This document shows, piece after piece, positions 29,941 to 39,882 of a DNA stretch of 64,000 nucleotides; the first letter of the stretch is position 1, and the number at the start of each line of letters is the position of its first letter. This DNA is from Thermoplasmata archaeon (GTDB taxonomy: Archaea > Thermoplasmatota > Thermoplasmata > Lutacidiplasmatales > UBA184). The notes under the pieces are model-generated. The model was not told the DNA's origin. It did no database searches and saw only the letters and a program-made list of their open reading frames with translations. A program made the translations under genes and the position numbers. The DNA is taken from NCBI GenBank assembly GCA_021828195.1, contig JAKASQ010000002.1:344292-408291 (forward strand). Reading direction: 5' to 3'.

Positions 29941-30136
29941 TCTTGACCACGACCCGTTTGGGCCGCGGCCCGTTGAACTCGGCGTAGATCGCCGCGGTGA
30001 TGTGCATCGCAGAGACGAGGGCGAGCCCCTCCCGGATCCCGCTGTCCTTCACGATCGCCCCCACCCGGCCGGTGGGCCGGACGCATTCGCGCGGCGTCTC
30101 CGCGTTCCATACGATGTATTCGGTGCCGCTCTTCAC
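29927..30136 (-). pseudogene. YjbQ (UPF0047) homologue with a large internal in-frame deletion
   Basis: N-terminal SGIREGLALVSAMHITA is joined directly to C-terminal YAEFNGPRPKRVVVKIIGE; only 69 aa. Confidence 0.75.
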
Positions 30137-30178
30137 GCCGACCCGAGCGGTCCCTCGCCCCTAAGGGGCGGTCGGCGT

Positions 30179-30601
30179 TCACTCGAGCAGGTCTTCGAGC
30201 TCGCTCGCCACGAGGCTGAGAAGCTGGTCGAGGACGCGGTGCTTAAACTCGGTGATCTGCCCCGCGTCGGTCTCGATGCGCGCGAGGAACTCGTCGCCGT
30301 CCCGCAGGAATGACAGAGAGAGCACGTGGCGTCGTCCATCTCCGAAGCGCGGAGGGCTCGGGGGGGCTTCCGCGGCCGCGGGCACGACCTTGCGCGGAAG
30401 CGCGGGCTTGACGGGGATCTTCGGCTTCGGACGTGCGGCCCTCTTCGCTACGACCTTCTTGCGGGGAGGGGCGCGTCGCGGAGTCGGCTTGCTCGGCTTC
30501 GCCGTCGGGCGACGGACCGGTCGGTGGGTCGGTCGAGTCTTCGACGGGCGTCGGGCGGGCTTCGGTCCGCTGCGCGACTTCTTGCGAGAGGTAGAAGCCA
30601 T
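30179..30601 (-). CDS. Hypothetical protein with a K/R/P-rich N-terminus and a small globular C-terminal domain
   Basis: Highly basic low-complexity first ~80 aa; protein-like C-terminus; TATA-like element upstream. Confidence 0.65.
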   Translation of the reverse strand: MASTSRKKSRSGPKPARRPSKTRPTHRPVRRPTAKPSKPTPRRAPPRKKVVAKRAARPKPKIPVKPALPRKVVPAAAEAPPSPPRFGDGRRHVLSLSFLRDGDEFLARIETDAGQITEFKHRVLDQLLSLVASELEDLLE

Positions 30602-30759
30602 CGATAAACCCTTGATTTCGCCCCCACCAGCCCCCCCTATTTAGAGGTTGGGTCGAGCATGTTCGGCGGGATCGCGGCTCGAGGCCGCGGGCGAGCCGAT
30701 TATAGTCCGGGCTCCCCTGGCGCTCCCATCGAGATGAAGGTCCTCGACCCGCTCCGGGC

Positions 30760-32553
30760 GTGCTCTGGCGGGCCGGGGTGGGCTTCCCCGGGGGGCGGCC
30801 CGTGAGGAGGGAGACGGCGCTCTTCCTCGGAGGGCTCGCGACGCTCTTGGTCGTGCTCGCGGTCGAGCCTTACATCTCCTTCTCCCTGTTCGGATCGGAT
30901 TCGGGCGAGTACTACACGCTGACCCACGCCCTCGTCTCGACCGGCCACCTGCCGCACGGAGCCGCGTACGTGGGCTGGGGTACGGCGTATCCGGACTTTC
31001 CCGGCATCTTCCTCCTCTCCGGCGCCGGATCCGGCGCGCTCGGGATCGACCCGCTCTCCGCGTTGACGATCATCATCCCCGTGGTCTCCGCGCTCTCCGT
31101 TTTCCCGCTGTTCCTCCTGTTCCGCCGGCTCTACGCCCACGATTCGATCGCACTGCTCGGGGCCGCGTTCGCCTCGGTCGCGATGCCCCGGATGTTCTCG
31201 ATCGCGCACCCGGCACCGCTCGCGCTCGGGGACTTCCTGTGCGTCGCCGCGATCTGGCTCTTCGTGGAAACCCGCCGGGACTCCCGATTCTACCTGCCGC
31301 TCGTGCTGGCGAGCGGGGCGCTGATCGTGACCCACCATCTCTCCTCGTTCATGTTCGTCCTGAGCGCGCTCGGAAGCCTTCTTCTCCTCGAGCTCTGGCG
31401 ACCGGGCCTGTGGAGCCGCCGCTTTCCGACGCGCGAGCTCGGGTTCATCGCCGCCTTCATCACCGCGACCCTCGCCTACTGGTTCTATGGCACGTCCTCC
31501 TTCGTGGCGACCGTCATTGCGCCGGGGCTCGGCGGCGACGCGCTCGCGGGATTCGCCGCGCTCGAAGCGCTGGGTCTCGCGGGCGTCGGGGTCGCCGGGC
31601 TCGTCCTGTACTGGCGCCGAGGAGCGTTCCGACCCCGTCGGACCTGGGTCCGGATGCCGAGCGATCGCAGCCTCGTGCGGGACATGGCGATCCTCGCGGC
31701 CCTGATCTTCGGAGGCATCGCGACCGTCCTGTTCATTCCCCTCCCTGGGACGAGCCAGTTGACGAGCCCGATGGCGATCCTCTGGTTCGCACCGGTCCTC
31801 GGTATGGGGATCCTCACGGCCGGCAGCCGGCGGGCACCAACGGCCTCGCGGCTCGGCCCGCTCTCCCTGACGATGGCGACCGCGTTAGGGATCGGCGCCG
31901 CGCTCACGCTGCTCGCGACGTACTACCTCAGCTCGACGTCCGGGTTCGTCGAAGCGATCCCCGCCTCGCGCTACGTGGAGTACCTGTTCATCCCGATCGG
32001 GCTACTGGCCGCGATCGGCGTGGGCGCGCTCGTCGCACGCGCCGGCGAACGGGGGGGTCGACGAGCGCTCGTGGCGGCGTCGCTCGGCGTGGTCCTGCTC
32101 GTGGCGGCGAACGCCGCGATCGTCTATCCCCCGCAGGCCAACTTCGGAGGATTCCAGGAAGGGTACCCACCGGGCGATGCCGCGCTCTGGCAGTGGGTCT
32201 CCATCGGAGTGCCGCAGAACCAGGTGATCGCGAGCTCGCACCCGCTCAGCTCGGCGGTGTTCGGCTTCGACGGAAATCGTGCGACCTGGGGATCGACCCC
32301 GGCCCTGTTCACGGGGTCGAACTGGACGAGCGCCGCGGCCGAGTTACGGAGCTCGGACGCGCCCCATTCTCCCTTCCCGATCGACGTGGTGATCGTGGAC
32401 TCGGTGATGTACGGGGGCGTCGCGCTCGATCCGTCGGCGGCCGCCCTCCCGCTGAGCCCCGCGGCGATCGCGTGGTTCGAGCATGCACCCTTCCTCGTCC
32501 TGTACGAGAGCGGTCAGGACGTGACCTACCTGGTCGACGCGGCCTACGAATGA
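30760..32553 (+). CDS. Polytopic membrane protein, GT-C/oligosaccharyltransferase-like
   Basis: Many hydrophobic segments; GSDSGEYY loop after TM1, YPDFPG, THHLS, soluble C-terminal domain. Confidence 0.7.
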   Translation: MLWRAGVGFPGGRPVRRETALFLGGLATLLVVLAVEPYISFSLFGSDSGEYYTLTHALVSTGHLPHGAAYVGWGTAYPDFPGIFLLSGAGSGALGIDPLSALTIIIPVVSALSVFPLFLLFRRLYAHDSIALLGAAFASVAMPRMFSIAHPAPLALGDFLCVAAIWLFVETRRDSRFYLPLVLASGALIVTHHLSSFMFVLSALGSLLLLELWRPGLWSRRFPTRELGFIAAFITATLAYWFYGTSSFVATVIAPGLGGDALAGFAALEALGLAGVGVAGLVLYWRRGAFRPRRTWVRMPSDRSLVRDMAILAALIFGGIATVLFIPLPGTSQLTSPMAILWFAPVLGMGILTAGSRRAPTASRLGPLSLTMATALGIGAALTLLATYYLSSTSGFVEAIPASRYVEYLFIPIGLLAAIGVGALVARAGERGGRRALVAASLGVVLLVAANAAIVYPPQANFGGFQEGYPPGDAALWQWVSIGVPQNQVIASSHPLSSAVFGFDGNRATWGSTPALFTGSNWTSAAAELRSSDAPHSPFPIDVVIVDSVMYGGVALDPSAAALPLSPAAIAWFEHAPFLVLYESGQDVTYLVDAAYE

Positions 32554-32662
32554 TGGCCGAGAAAGCGGCACTCTAGTGGGAGGAATCGGCCGGCTCATAC
32601 GGGTACGGGGCCCCCCGGCTCCGCCACACGCGTGTTCGCCCCTTCTTGTTCACGGGAGGAGC

Positions 32663-33388
32663 TCACGTGTGGGCCCCGAGCCGGTCGAACGATCCGTCCC
32701 GAAGCCAGAGGACGATCGGGATCGAGCTCCGTGCCGCGAGCGCGTGGAGAGCCGAGCGAGCGAACGCGAGCTTTCGGATCTTCCGCTCGCGCAGCCGTGG
32801 GTCCTCCTCGTCGATCCGATCGAACTCGAATCCCCAGAGGAGGATCCGCTCGGCGCCGAAGTGCTCGGCGAGGTGGACGGCCCGATCGCCATCGGTGAAC
32901 CCTCCTACGTCGATTAGGTCCTCGGTGGGCGGCCCGGCCCAGGATCCGGCGAGCGCACCGGGGAACTGGGGGACCCACTCCTCGAGCGCCGGGAGGTTGT
33001 CGCCGTGGGCGTGGATCACCGCGAGCGCCCCTCGACTGTTCGCCGAGATCTCCGCGGGGATCGGTCCGTCGAGATCCGTCACGATGACGGCGGGCACGAG
33101 GCCCGCTCCGGTGCAGGCCGCCGTCGCTCCATCCGCCGCCACGATCACCGGGGTCTTCGCCCGGGGAGGCAAGCGCCACACCGGCGGGGGCCCCGCTCCC
33201 GGAGCGAGCCCGACCACGACGACCTCACGGGCGTGGAGGCGCTCGCGGATCCGCGGCAGCGGGTCGACCCGGGCCGCCGGCGGGAGGAGACGCCTCAGCG
33301 CTTCGGCGGCGCGGACCTCCCGGTCGAACGGGAACCCGAACGCGGCGCGGATTCGCGCATACTCCGGGGCCCATTCGGCGTACTCCAC
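32663..33388 (-). CDS. mptE: 6-hydroxymethyl-7,8-dihydropterin pyrophosphokinase
   Basis: W.PEY..I...FGF, AADGA, VTDLDG, HAHGDN, GGFTDGDRA. Confidence 0.9.
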   Translation of the reverse strand: MEYAEWAPEYARIRAAFGFPFDREVRAAEALRRLLPPAARVDPLPRIRERLHAREVVVVGLAPGAGPPPVWRLPPRAKTPVIVAADGATAACTGAGLVPAVIVTDLDGPIPAEISANSRGALAVIHAHGDNLPALEEWVPQFPGALAGSWAGPPTEDLIDVGGFTDGDRAVHLAEHFGAERILLWGFEFDRIDEEDPRLRERKIRKLAFARSALHALAARSSIPIVLWLRDGSFDRLGAHT

Positions 33389-33459
33389 GGCTTACCGCCG
33401 GAAGAGGAGCCATTGATTTATAAGACGGGCCATGCTCCGGCCCTCGAGGAACAGCCGAT

Positions 33460-34572
33460 ATGCGCCCACTCGCTCAGGAGATCCTATCGCACTTGCCCGC
33501 CGATACCGCCCGCCCTCCCCTGAAACCGGGTGGGGACGATGCCGAGCTCGAAGCGGTTCTCGCCACGCTGAAAACGACCATCAAGATCATCGGCTGCGGG
33601 GGCGGGGGCTGCAACACCATCAACCGGCTCACCGAGCAGGGGCTCTCCGGCGCGGTGACGATCGCCGCCAACACCGACGCCCAGCATCTGCTCACGATCC
33701 ACTCCGATCGCAAGGTCCTCCTCGGCCGACGCCTCACCCGAGGTCTCGGTGCCGGGGCGCTCCCCGATGTCGGCGAGCGCGCCGCTCAAGAGGCGAGCGA
33801 CGACCTCAAGGCGCTCCTGGCGAGTTCCGACATGGTGTTCATCACCCTCGGTCTCGGCGGGGGGACCGGGACGGGTTCCGCCCCCGTCATCGCCGAGATC
33901 GCCAAGGCTTCCGGCGGGGACCCGCTCACGATCGCGGTCGCGACCCTTCCGTTCACCTCGGAAGGCACGGTGCGTACCGAGAATGCGCTCGCGGGCCTGG
34001 AGCGCCTCTCCTCGGTCGTCGACACCGTCATCACGATCCCGAACGACCGCCTGCTCGAGCTCGTGCCGCGGCTCCCCGTGCAGACCGCCTTCAAGGTCGC
34101 CGATTCCGTCCTCGCGAGCGCCATCCGCGGGATCACCGAGATCATCACCCGGCCGGGCCTCGTCAACCTCGATTTCAACGACCTGCGCACCATCCTCAAG
34201 GGCGGGGGCGTCGCGCTCATCGGCATCGGCGAGTCCGAGAGCGACAACCGGGCCGAGGACGCCGTGATGGAGGCGATCAACTCCCCGCTGCTCCGGGTCG
34301 ATATCGCCGGGGCGACCGGGGCGCTCATCAACGTCACGGGCGGCCCGGACATGACCGTCAGCGAAGCCCAGAAGGCGAGCGAGATCGTCCAGAAGACCAT
34401 CAGCCCGAACGCGCGCATCATCTGGGGAGCGAACATCGACCCCACCATGCAAGCCACGATCCGCGTGCTGCTCGTGGTCACCGGCGTTAAATCCCCCCAG
34501 ATTCTCGGGGCATCGTCCGCGGGATCTCACGGCTCGCGCGCGCGCGAGCACGAGATCGAAACGGTACGGTAG
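33460..34572 (+). CDS. ftsZ: Cell division protein FtsZ
   Basis: GCGGGGCN, NTDAQHL, GLGGGTGTG tubulin signature, NLDFNDL. Confidence 0.97.
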   Translation: MRPLAQEILSHLPADTARPPLKPGGDDAELEAVLATLKTTIKIIGCGGGGCNTINRLTEQGLSGAVTIAANTDAQHLLTIHSDRKVLLGRRLTRGLGAGALPDVGERAAQEASDDLKALLASSDMVFITLGLGGGTGTGSAPVIAEIAKASGGDPLTIAVATLPFTSEGTVRTENALAGLERLSSVVDTVITIPNDRLLELVPRLPVQTAFKVADSVLASAIRGITEIITRPGLVNLDFNDLRTILKGGGVALIGIGESESDNRAEDAVMEAINSPLLRVDIAGATGALINVTGGPDMTVSEAQKASEIVQKTISPNARIIWGANIDPTMQATIRVLLVVTGVKSPQILGASSAGSHGSRAREHEIETVR

Positions 34573-34583
34573 GTACAACCCCC

Positions 34584-34829
34584 ATGGCATTCCTCGACCG
34601 GGCCCGGCGGGTCCAGGACGATTTCGATGGTCGCCTGCACCACGTCGGCCACGGCAAGTACGGCCGCATCCTGCGGATGGCCCGCAAGCCCACCCGCGAG
34701 GAGTACACGCGCGTGTTGACGATCACGTTCATCGGGGCGGCGATCATCGGCCTCACGGGCTTCGGAATCTACATCTTCTTCACTCAAGCCGGCCCGTGGA
34801 TCTGGGCGAATTACTTCGCCACGCTGTAG
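34584..34829 (+). CDS. secE: Protein translocase SecE (Sec61 gamma)
   Basis: YGRILRMARKPTREEY plus one TM helix; conserved position between ftsZ and spt5. Confidence 0.92.
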   Translation: MAFLDRARRVQDDFDGRLHHVGHGKYGRILRMARKPTREEYTRVLTITFIGAAIIGLTGFGIYIFFTQAGPWIWANYFATL

Positions 34830-34861
34830 GTCCCGCGGCCGTACGGAGGACAGGAGGCGGA

Positions 34862-35860
34862 ATGGCAGGGAACCCCACGGACGAAGGCATCGGTCTCCTC
34901 GGCGGTCCACCGACACCGAGCCCGGGGAAGGCGCCCACGACCCCCGCGACCGCTCGGGCGCCGATCCCTCCGCCCGGTCCCACGGCGACCCCGGCGCGCG
35001 CCGCCGAGCCGTCCCAGCTGAGCCTCAAGGCCGCCGACGACACCGTCCGGGAGGTCACGGCCGGCACGATCACCACCTTGAGCGCCGTGCTCGCCCACCA
35101 GCGCGGAAGCGCTGGCCCGGTCGAGCTCACCATCGATGTCGGCTACACCTCCACCTACCCCGGAGAAGGGGCCGAGTGGCCCGTGCGCTGGGCTCCCCCG
35201 GGGAAGCGGACCGCCGTGGAGCTGTTCGCCCGTTCTCAGTCCGTGACCCTCACGATGGAGGAGAACTCCCTCGTTCCCCTCTCCTTCGAGATCACCGCCC
35301 CGGTCGGAGTGCGGTACGGGGACCGCGTGGAGATCCGTCTCCAGGCGAAGGCGCTGGACGGAGGGAATCCCGCCAAGCTCACGCTCGCCTGCGTCGCTCG
35401 CCAAGCCGTGCTCGCGATCAAGAGCTCGCGCGGGTACGAGCGCGAGGTCGCCGACACGCTGCTCGCGCGCACCGAGGAGAAGCCCGACGTCATCTTCGCG
35501 CTCCTCGTGCCGGCGGCGCTGCGCGGCTACGTCTTTGCCGAGGGGATGAGCTTCGAGGGCGTCCACGAGATGCTCAAGGGGATCCGCAAGGCCCGGGGCC
35601 TCGTCGCCGGGGAAACGACGCTCAAAGAGGTCGAGCCGCTCCTCGTCCCGAAGATCACAGTCGAGGGATTCGTCGAGGGGGCGATCGTCGAGCTCATCGC
35701 CGGTCCGTTCAAGGGCGAGAAGGCCCGAGTGAAGCGGATCGACCAGGACAAGGAAGAGATCACCGTCGAGCTCATCGAGGCCGTGGTGCCGATCCCCGTG
35801 ACGGTACGCGGCGATCACGTGCGCATGTTGGAGAAGGGAGGCGGCAAGAGTGGCGGATGA
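34862..35860 (+). CDS. spt5: Transcription elongation factor Spt5 with a long N-terminal extension
   Basis: NGN domain (GYEREVA...LRGYVFAE) and KOW (VELIAGPFKGEKARV, PIPVTV) occupy the last ~150 aa. Confidence 0.92.
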   Translation: MAGNPTDEGIGLLGGPPTPSPGKAPTTPATARAPIPPPGPTATPARAAEPSQLSLKAADDTVREVTAGTITTLSAVLAHQRGSAGPVELTIDVGYTSTYPGEGAEWPVRWAPPGKRTAVELFARSQSVTLTMEENSLVPLSFEITAPVGVRYGDRVEIRLQAKALDGGNPAKLTLACVARQAVLAIKSSRGYEREVADTLLARTEEKPDVIFALLVPAALRGYVFAEGMSFEGVHEMLKGIRKARGLVAGETTLKEVEPLLVPKITVEGFVEGAIVELIAGPFKGEKARVKRIDQDKEEITVELIEAVVPIPVTVRGDHVRMLEKGGGKSGG

Positions 35861-36317
35861 AGTGAGCGTCCTCGTCGAGGGTGGCAAGGCGACGGCGGGA
35901 CCGCCGCTGGGCCCCGCGCTCGGACCCCTCGGGGTCAACGTGGGGCAGGTCGTCGCGAAGATCAACGAGGAAACGAAGCGGTTCGCCGGGATGCGCGTTC
36001 CCGTCATCGTCCGGGTCGATCCCGGTACCCGCCAGTTCACGCTCGTGGTCGGGCGGCCCCCGGTCACCGCGCTCCTGTTGAAGGAAGCGGGGAAGGAGAA
36101 GGGCTCGGGCAAGGCGAAGACCGACATCGTCGGGGATGTCTCGCTGGAGGCCGTTCGCAAGATCGCCGAGGCGAAGAGCGGCGACATGTTCGGCCGCTCG
36201 GTCGAGGAGAAGGTCAACCAGGTGATCGGCACCTGCGTCTCGCTCGGACTCACGGTCGATGGCCAGGACCCCCGGGCGCTGCTCCAGGAGCGCGTGCGGA
36301 AGGGAGCCTCCGCATGA
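35850..36317 (+). CDS. rpl11: 50S ribosomal protein uL11
   Basis: LVEGGKATAGPPLGPALGP, GTCVSLG. Confidence 0.97.
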   Translation: MADEVSVLVEGGKATAGPPLGPALGPLGVNVGQVVAKINEETKRFAGMRVPVIVRVDPGTRQFTLVVGRPPVTALLLKEAGKEKGSGKAKTDIVGDVSLEAVRKIAEAKSGDMFGRSVEEKVNQVIGTCVSLGLTVDGQDPRALLQERVRKGASA

Positions 36318-36607
36318 TGGGCGGGGGCCCGCCGCCCGATCTTTCGAACGCCGAGATCGTCGACTACGAGGTGGTCGGCGGCGACGCGAAGGTCCGCCTC
36401 AAGCTCAAGGACGGCTCGGTCATCGAGGTCCGGCTGGAGATCATGAACATCCTGCGGGCGGGCCACGACGCCAACACGGGCCTTCCGAGCTACATCGTCC
36501 AGTCCGCTCCGATCGTCCGCCTCGTGGAGACCCCGAAGGAGTTGCGCAAGGCCCCGATGCGCCCCGGCACCGGCAAGGATACAAAGTCCCTGCCCGGCTT
36601 CGGATAG
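36314..36607 (+). CDS. Hypothetical small beta-rich protein
   Basis: ATGA overlap with the rpl11 stop; codon usage like neighbours; KLKDGSVI...GLPSYIV. Confidence 0.7.
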   Translation: MMGGGPPPDLSNAEIVDYEVVGGDAKVRLKLKDGSVIEVRLEIMNILRAGHDANTGLPSYIVQSAPIVRLVETPKELRKAPMRPGTGKDTKSLPGFG

Positions 36608-36786
36608 CGGGCCCGCCCGCGGCCGATCGGCCGCGTCGAACGGAACGCGCCTCGAGCCGCACCGAGAGGAGTTCCCGACCCGAGTTTGTCTAGCCGCTGT
36701 TTTCCACTCGCGCGCTCCCGCTGAGGCCACGCCTCGCCCGGGGCAACCTCTTTAGACCCGGCTACGCTGGCAATCTTGTGGTCGAT

Positions 36787-37116
36787 ATGCAGGAGTCGCC
36801 CGCGACCCCTCCCGAGGATTTCGGGGGCGATCCGCGCCTCGGATGGGAGATCGCGAGCGGTCTACTGATCTTCTTGGGCTGGGGCATCGCCGTCGTGATC
36901 AACCTGCTCGCCCATGCGCTCGCGCCGGCGGACGGCATGCGACTGTGGTGGGGCATCTGGATCGGGCCCCACTTGGGAGGGTTCGCGTGGATCACCCTCG
37001 GGATCGGCGTCTTCACGGGCACGATGGGCGTGATCTTCCTCCATCTCGCGCGCACGAGCGCGCGGGGCCCGCTCGTGCTTCCCGGCTACGACTACTCCTC
37101 CGAGCAGCCCCCGTAA
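36787..37116 (+). CDS. Small membrane protein (2 TM)
   Basis: Two hydrophobic helices; TATA-like CTTTAG upstream. Confidence 0.65.
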   Translation: MQESPATPPEDFGGDPRLGWEIASGLLIFLGWGIAVVINLLAHALAPADGMRLWWGIWIGPHLGGFAWITLGIGVFTGTMGVIFLHLARTSARGPLVLPGYDYSSEQPP

Positions 37117-37125
37117 CCGAGCGCC

Positions 37126-37284
37126 CTAGGAGAGTCCGGGGCCGCGACCCCGCCGCGCTCCGCCGGCGCAGTCCGAGCAGACCCGTTCAGAGGGCGTCAT
37201 GTGCTCGGAACAGTACATCTGACCGCAGATGGGGCAGCTGCGCGTGGCCGGTCGCCCGCACCGGATACACTGACCGACGATCAT
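37126..37284 (-). CDS. Small Cys-rich zinc-finger protein
   Basis: CxxC...CxxC...CxxH...CxxC in 52 aa, directly downstream of the HAD phosphatase. Confidence 0.7.
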   Translation of the reverse strand: MIVGQCIRCGRPATRSCPICGQMYCSEHMTPSERVCSDCAGGARRGRGPGLS

Positions 37285-37303
37285 GGTGGGGACCCGGCCG
37301 AGG

Positions 37304-38026
37304 CTAGGGCCCCCTTCCCGATAAACCGCTCGCCCGGATCGCCTCAAGGAATCCGGGAGCCCCGTCCGCGCGGGTGACGAGATCGGCCGCGCGCCGCGCG
37401 CGGGGGCTCGCCGAGGGGAAGCTGACCCCGAATCCCGCCGCGCGCAGGAGCCGCGCGTCGTTGTCCCCGTCACCGATCGCGACCACGTGCTCGAGGCCGA
37501 GCCCTAGCAGCTCGACCGCTCGGCGCACTCCGAAGTACTTGCCCGCGCCCCGCTCCATCAAATGGATCGCGAACCCACTGCTCTCCGCGTAGGCGTTGAC
37601 GCCCCGCATCCGGCGGCGCACCTCCGCGAGGGGAACGCTCGAATCGATGCCGACCTCGGTCTCGCGCCACCGGTCGGTGAAGAGTCGATGGACGGGGAGG
37701 CCGGTCGCCCGGAGTGCCCGGTACGCCGCGAGCGCCACGCGTCGGTCCGCGAGGTGCTCGATCCGCTCCCCGGACTCGGTATGCTGGTAGACGATCCCGC
37801 CGTTCTCCGCGACGATCGGGCCCACGAGGCCGAGCGAGCGGTGGAGCGCGAGGGCGATCGGCAGCACGTTGCCCGTCGCGAGGATGACGGGGATTCCTCG
37901 GTCGGTCAGGCGTCGCAGCGCGCCGAGCGCCGCGGGGTGGAGGCGGCGCTCGGGGTCGGTGATGGTCCCGTCGACATCCGTGACGAGGACCCGAAGGTCC
38001 TTCGATGCGCGGGCGGCGCGCCTCAC
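37304..38026 (-). CDS. HAD phosphoglycolate phosphatase (archaeal type)
   Basis: DVDGT, ATGN, AENGG, GDGDND; GTGA overlap with the gatE stop. Confidence 0.9.
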   Translation of the reverse strand: MRRAARASKDLRVLVTDVDGTITDPERRLHPAALGALRRLTDRGIPVILATGNVLPIALALHRSLGLVGPIVAENGGIVYQHTESGERIEHLADRRVALAAYRALRATGLPVHRLFTDRWRETEVGIDSSVPLAEVRRRMRGVNAYAESSGFAIHLMERGAGKYFGVRRAVELLGLGLEHVVAIGDGDNDARLLRAAGFGVSFPSASPRARRAADLVTRADGAPGFLEAIRASGLSGRGP

Positions 38027-39882
38027 GCGCGAGGCTCCGAGAGGACCCGAGCGATTCCCTCGTGGAGCGCCGCGGCGACCTCTTGGCCGTCGCGTTGGCC
38101 GCGGACCTCGCGCATGAGGTCGCCCATGAGCGGAGAGAACGCGTCCTCCCCCCGAGCGGCGATCATCCCCCGGTTGGCGTCCACGATACGGTCGACGAGA
38201 CGGTCGAGCTCGGCCCGGGACATCCCCGAGAGTCCCGCCTTGGCGATCGCCTCCTCGACGGTGGGGGCCCCGCTGGTCAGGGCGGCGAGCACCGCCGGGA
38301 AGCCTTCCTTGGCGAATCGTCCGGACTGCTGGGCGGACAGGAGTTCTCCGAGGAGCCCGAGGGGCCACTCCCGTTCGGCGCCGCCGCCGGCAGCGGGGAG
38401 GTCCTGGGTCAGGAGACGAGCGACCACCGCCGGCGCGTGGCCCTGGTGCGCGAGCGCTTCGAACGCGTCGACGTGCCCGCCCGCCACCAGCTGCCGGACG
38501 ACCTCGGGAACGAGGTGGTACTCCTGCGCGAGCCGCTCGCGCAGGGCCGCGGGCCGCTCGGGAAGCCCCGCGTCGATGCGAGCGAGGTCCGCGGCGGTGA
38601 TGGGGATGGGCGCGACGTCGGTCTCGGGATACATGCGGTCGCGACCCGGGAGCGGCCTCGAGAACCGGCTGCGCCCGTCTGGAAGCGGGTCCCGGGTCTC
38701 GGAGGGGATGCCGTCGAGCGCGGCGAGCGCACGGGCCGCGATCCGATCGAGCGCCGCGCCGGCCCGTTCGGCCGATCGATCCGCGACCAGCACGAACGCG
38801 TCGTTCGGGCCCGAGCCGAGCCGCGTTCGCAATCGCTCCGTCTCCTCCGCACCGATCCCGGCACCGGGGAGTTCGTCCGAATGCAGGATCCCGCGCAGTC
38901 CGAGAAAGCGCGCCTGGTCCGCGAGCTCTCGTCCGAGGCGCTCCTCCGAGCTCGGCGGACTCTTCAACAGGCCGGCGAAACCGGGGAGCGCGATCGCGAG
39001 CACGACTCCTCGGTGGCGGATCGCATCGGCCACCGGCCCGCTGTCGACCGCCCCGAGGAGTTCCGTCACGTCGAGGGCCGGAGGGAACGTGCTCGCCGCG
39101 TTCCGGCCCCGGAGCCGATCGCGGACCTCGAGCAGCACCCGCTGGCGCTCCACCTCGCGCTCGACGTACTGGGGAAGGCGTCGGAGCTCCTGCACGCCCT
39201 TGATCTCGATCCGCCGGCCGCCCTCCGTGGAGACGTTCAGGTCCTCGCGGATGGTCCCGATTCCCCGACGTACGCGCCGGGTCGCGCGCAGGAGCGCTCC
39301 GATCTCCTCGGCGACCTCTCGGGCTTCCTCCGGAGTGATCAAGTCGGGACCGGTCGCGATCTCGACCAGCGGGATGCCGAGCCGGTCGAGGCGATACAGG
39401 ACCTCTCCGCCCTTCTCGGAGATCTTTCGGGCCGCGTCCTCCTCGAGGCAGATCGACAGGATCGAGTAGCGCCGCTTCCCGAGCTCGAGGTACCCGCCCG
39501 CGGCGACGAGCGCGGTCCGTTGGAAGCCGGAGGTGTTCGATCCGTCGACCACGATCTTGCGCATCACCTCGATCTCGTCCAGCACCCGGGCGTGCAGCAT
39601 GCGCGCCAGCGTGAGGGCCGTGTCGAGAGCCGCCGGGTTGAGCCCGTGCGGCGGCTCCTCGTCCATCTCGACGAGGCAGTTCGCCTCCGTCGTCTCGTAG
39701 CGATACGTCAGTCCCCGTGAAGCCTGGTGGGCGGCCGCGGCGTCGATCCCGCGGTTCTCGCCGCTCGAGGCTCGCAGGCGACGCGAAAAGCTCCCCGTGA
39801 CCGCGTCCGACAGCTCGGAGGGGCAGGCGCAGAACAGCTTGCCCGTCGCCAGCTGTTGGTGGACCTCGAGCCCCGCCTTCAC
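38023..39882 (-). CDS. gatE: Glu-tRNA(Gln) amidotransferase subunit E
   Basis: KAGLEVHQQL, MRKIVVDGSNTSGFQRT, RPLPGRDRMYPETD. Confidence 0.97.
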   Translation of the reverse strand: MKAGLEVHQQLATGKLFCACPSELSDAVTGSFSRRLRASSGENRGIDAAAAHQASRGLTYRYETTEANCLVEMDEEPPHGLNPAALDTALTLARMLHARVLDEIEVMRKIVVDGSNTSGFQRTALVAAGGYLELGKRRYSILSICLEEDAARKISEKGGEVLYRLDRLGIPLVEIATGPDLITPEEAREVAEEIGALLRATRRVRRGIGTIREDLNVSTEGGRRIEIKGVQELRRLPQYVEREVERQRVLLEVRDRLRGRNAASTFPPALDVTELLGAVDSGPVADAIRHRGVVLAIALPGFAGLLKSPPSSEERLGRELADQARFLGLRGILHSDELPGAGIGAEETERLRTRLGSGPNDAFVLVADRSAERAGAALDRIAARALAALDGIPSETRDPLPDGRSRFSRPLPGRDRMYPETDVAPIPITAADLARIDAGLPERPAALRERLAQEYHLVPEVVRQLVAGGHVDAFEALAHQGHAPAVVARLLTQDLPAAGGGAEREWPLGLLGELLSAQQSGRFAKEGFPAVLAALTSGAPTVEEAIAKAGLSGMSRAELDRLVDRIVDANRGMIAARGEDAFSPLMGDLMREVRGQRDGQEVAAALHEGIARVLSEPRA

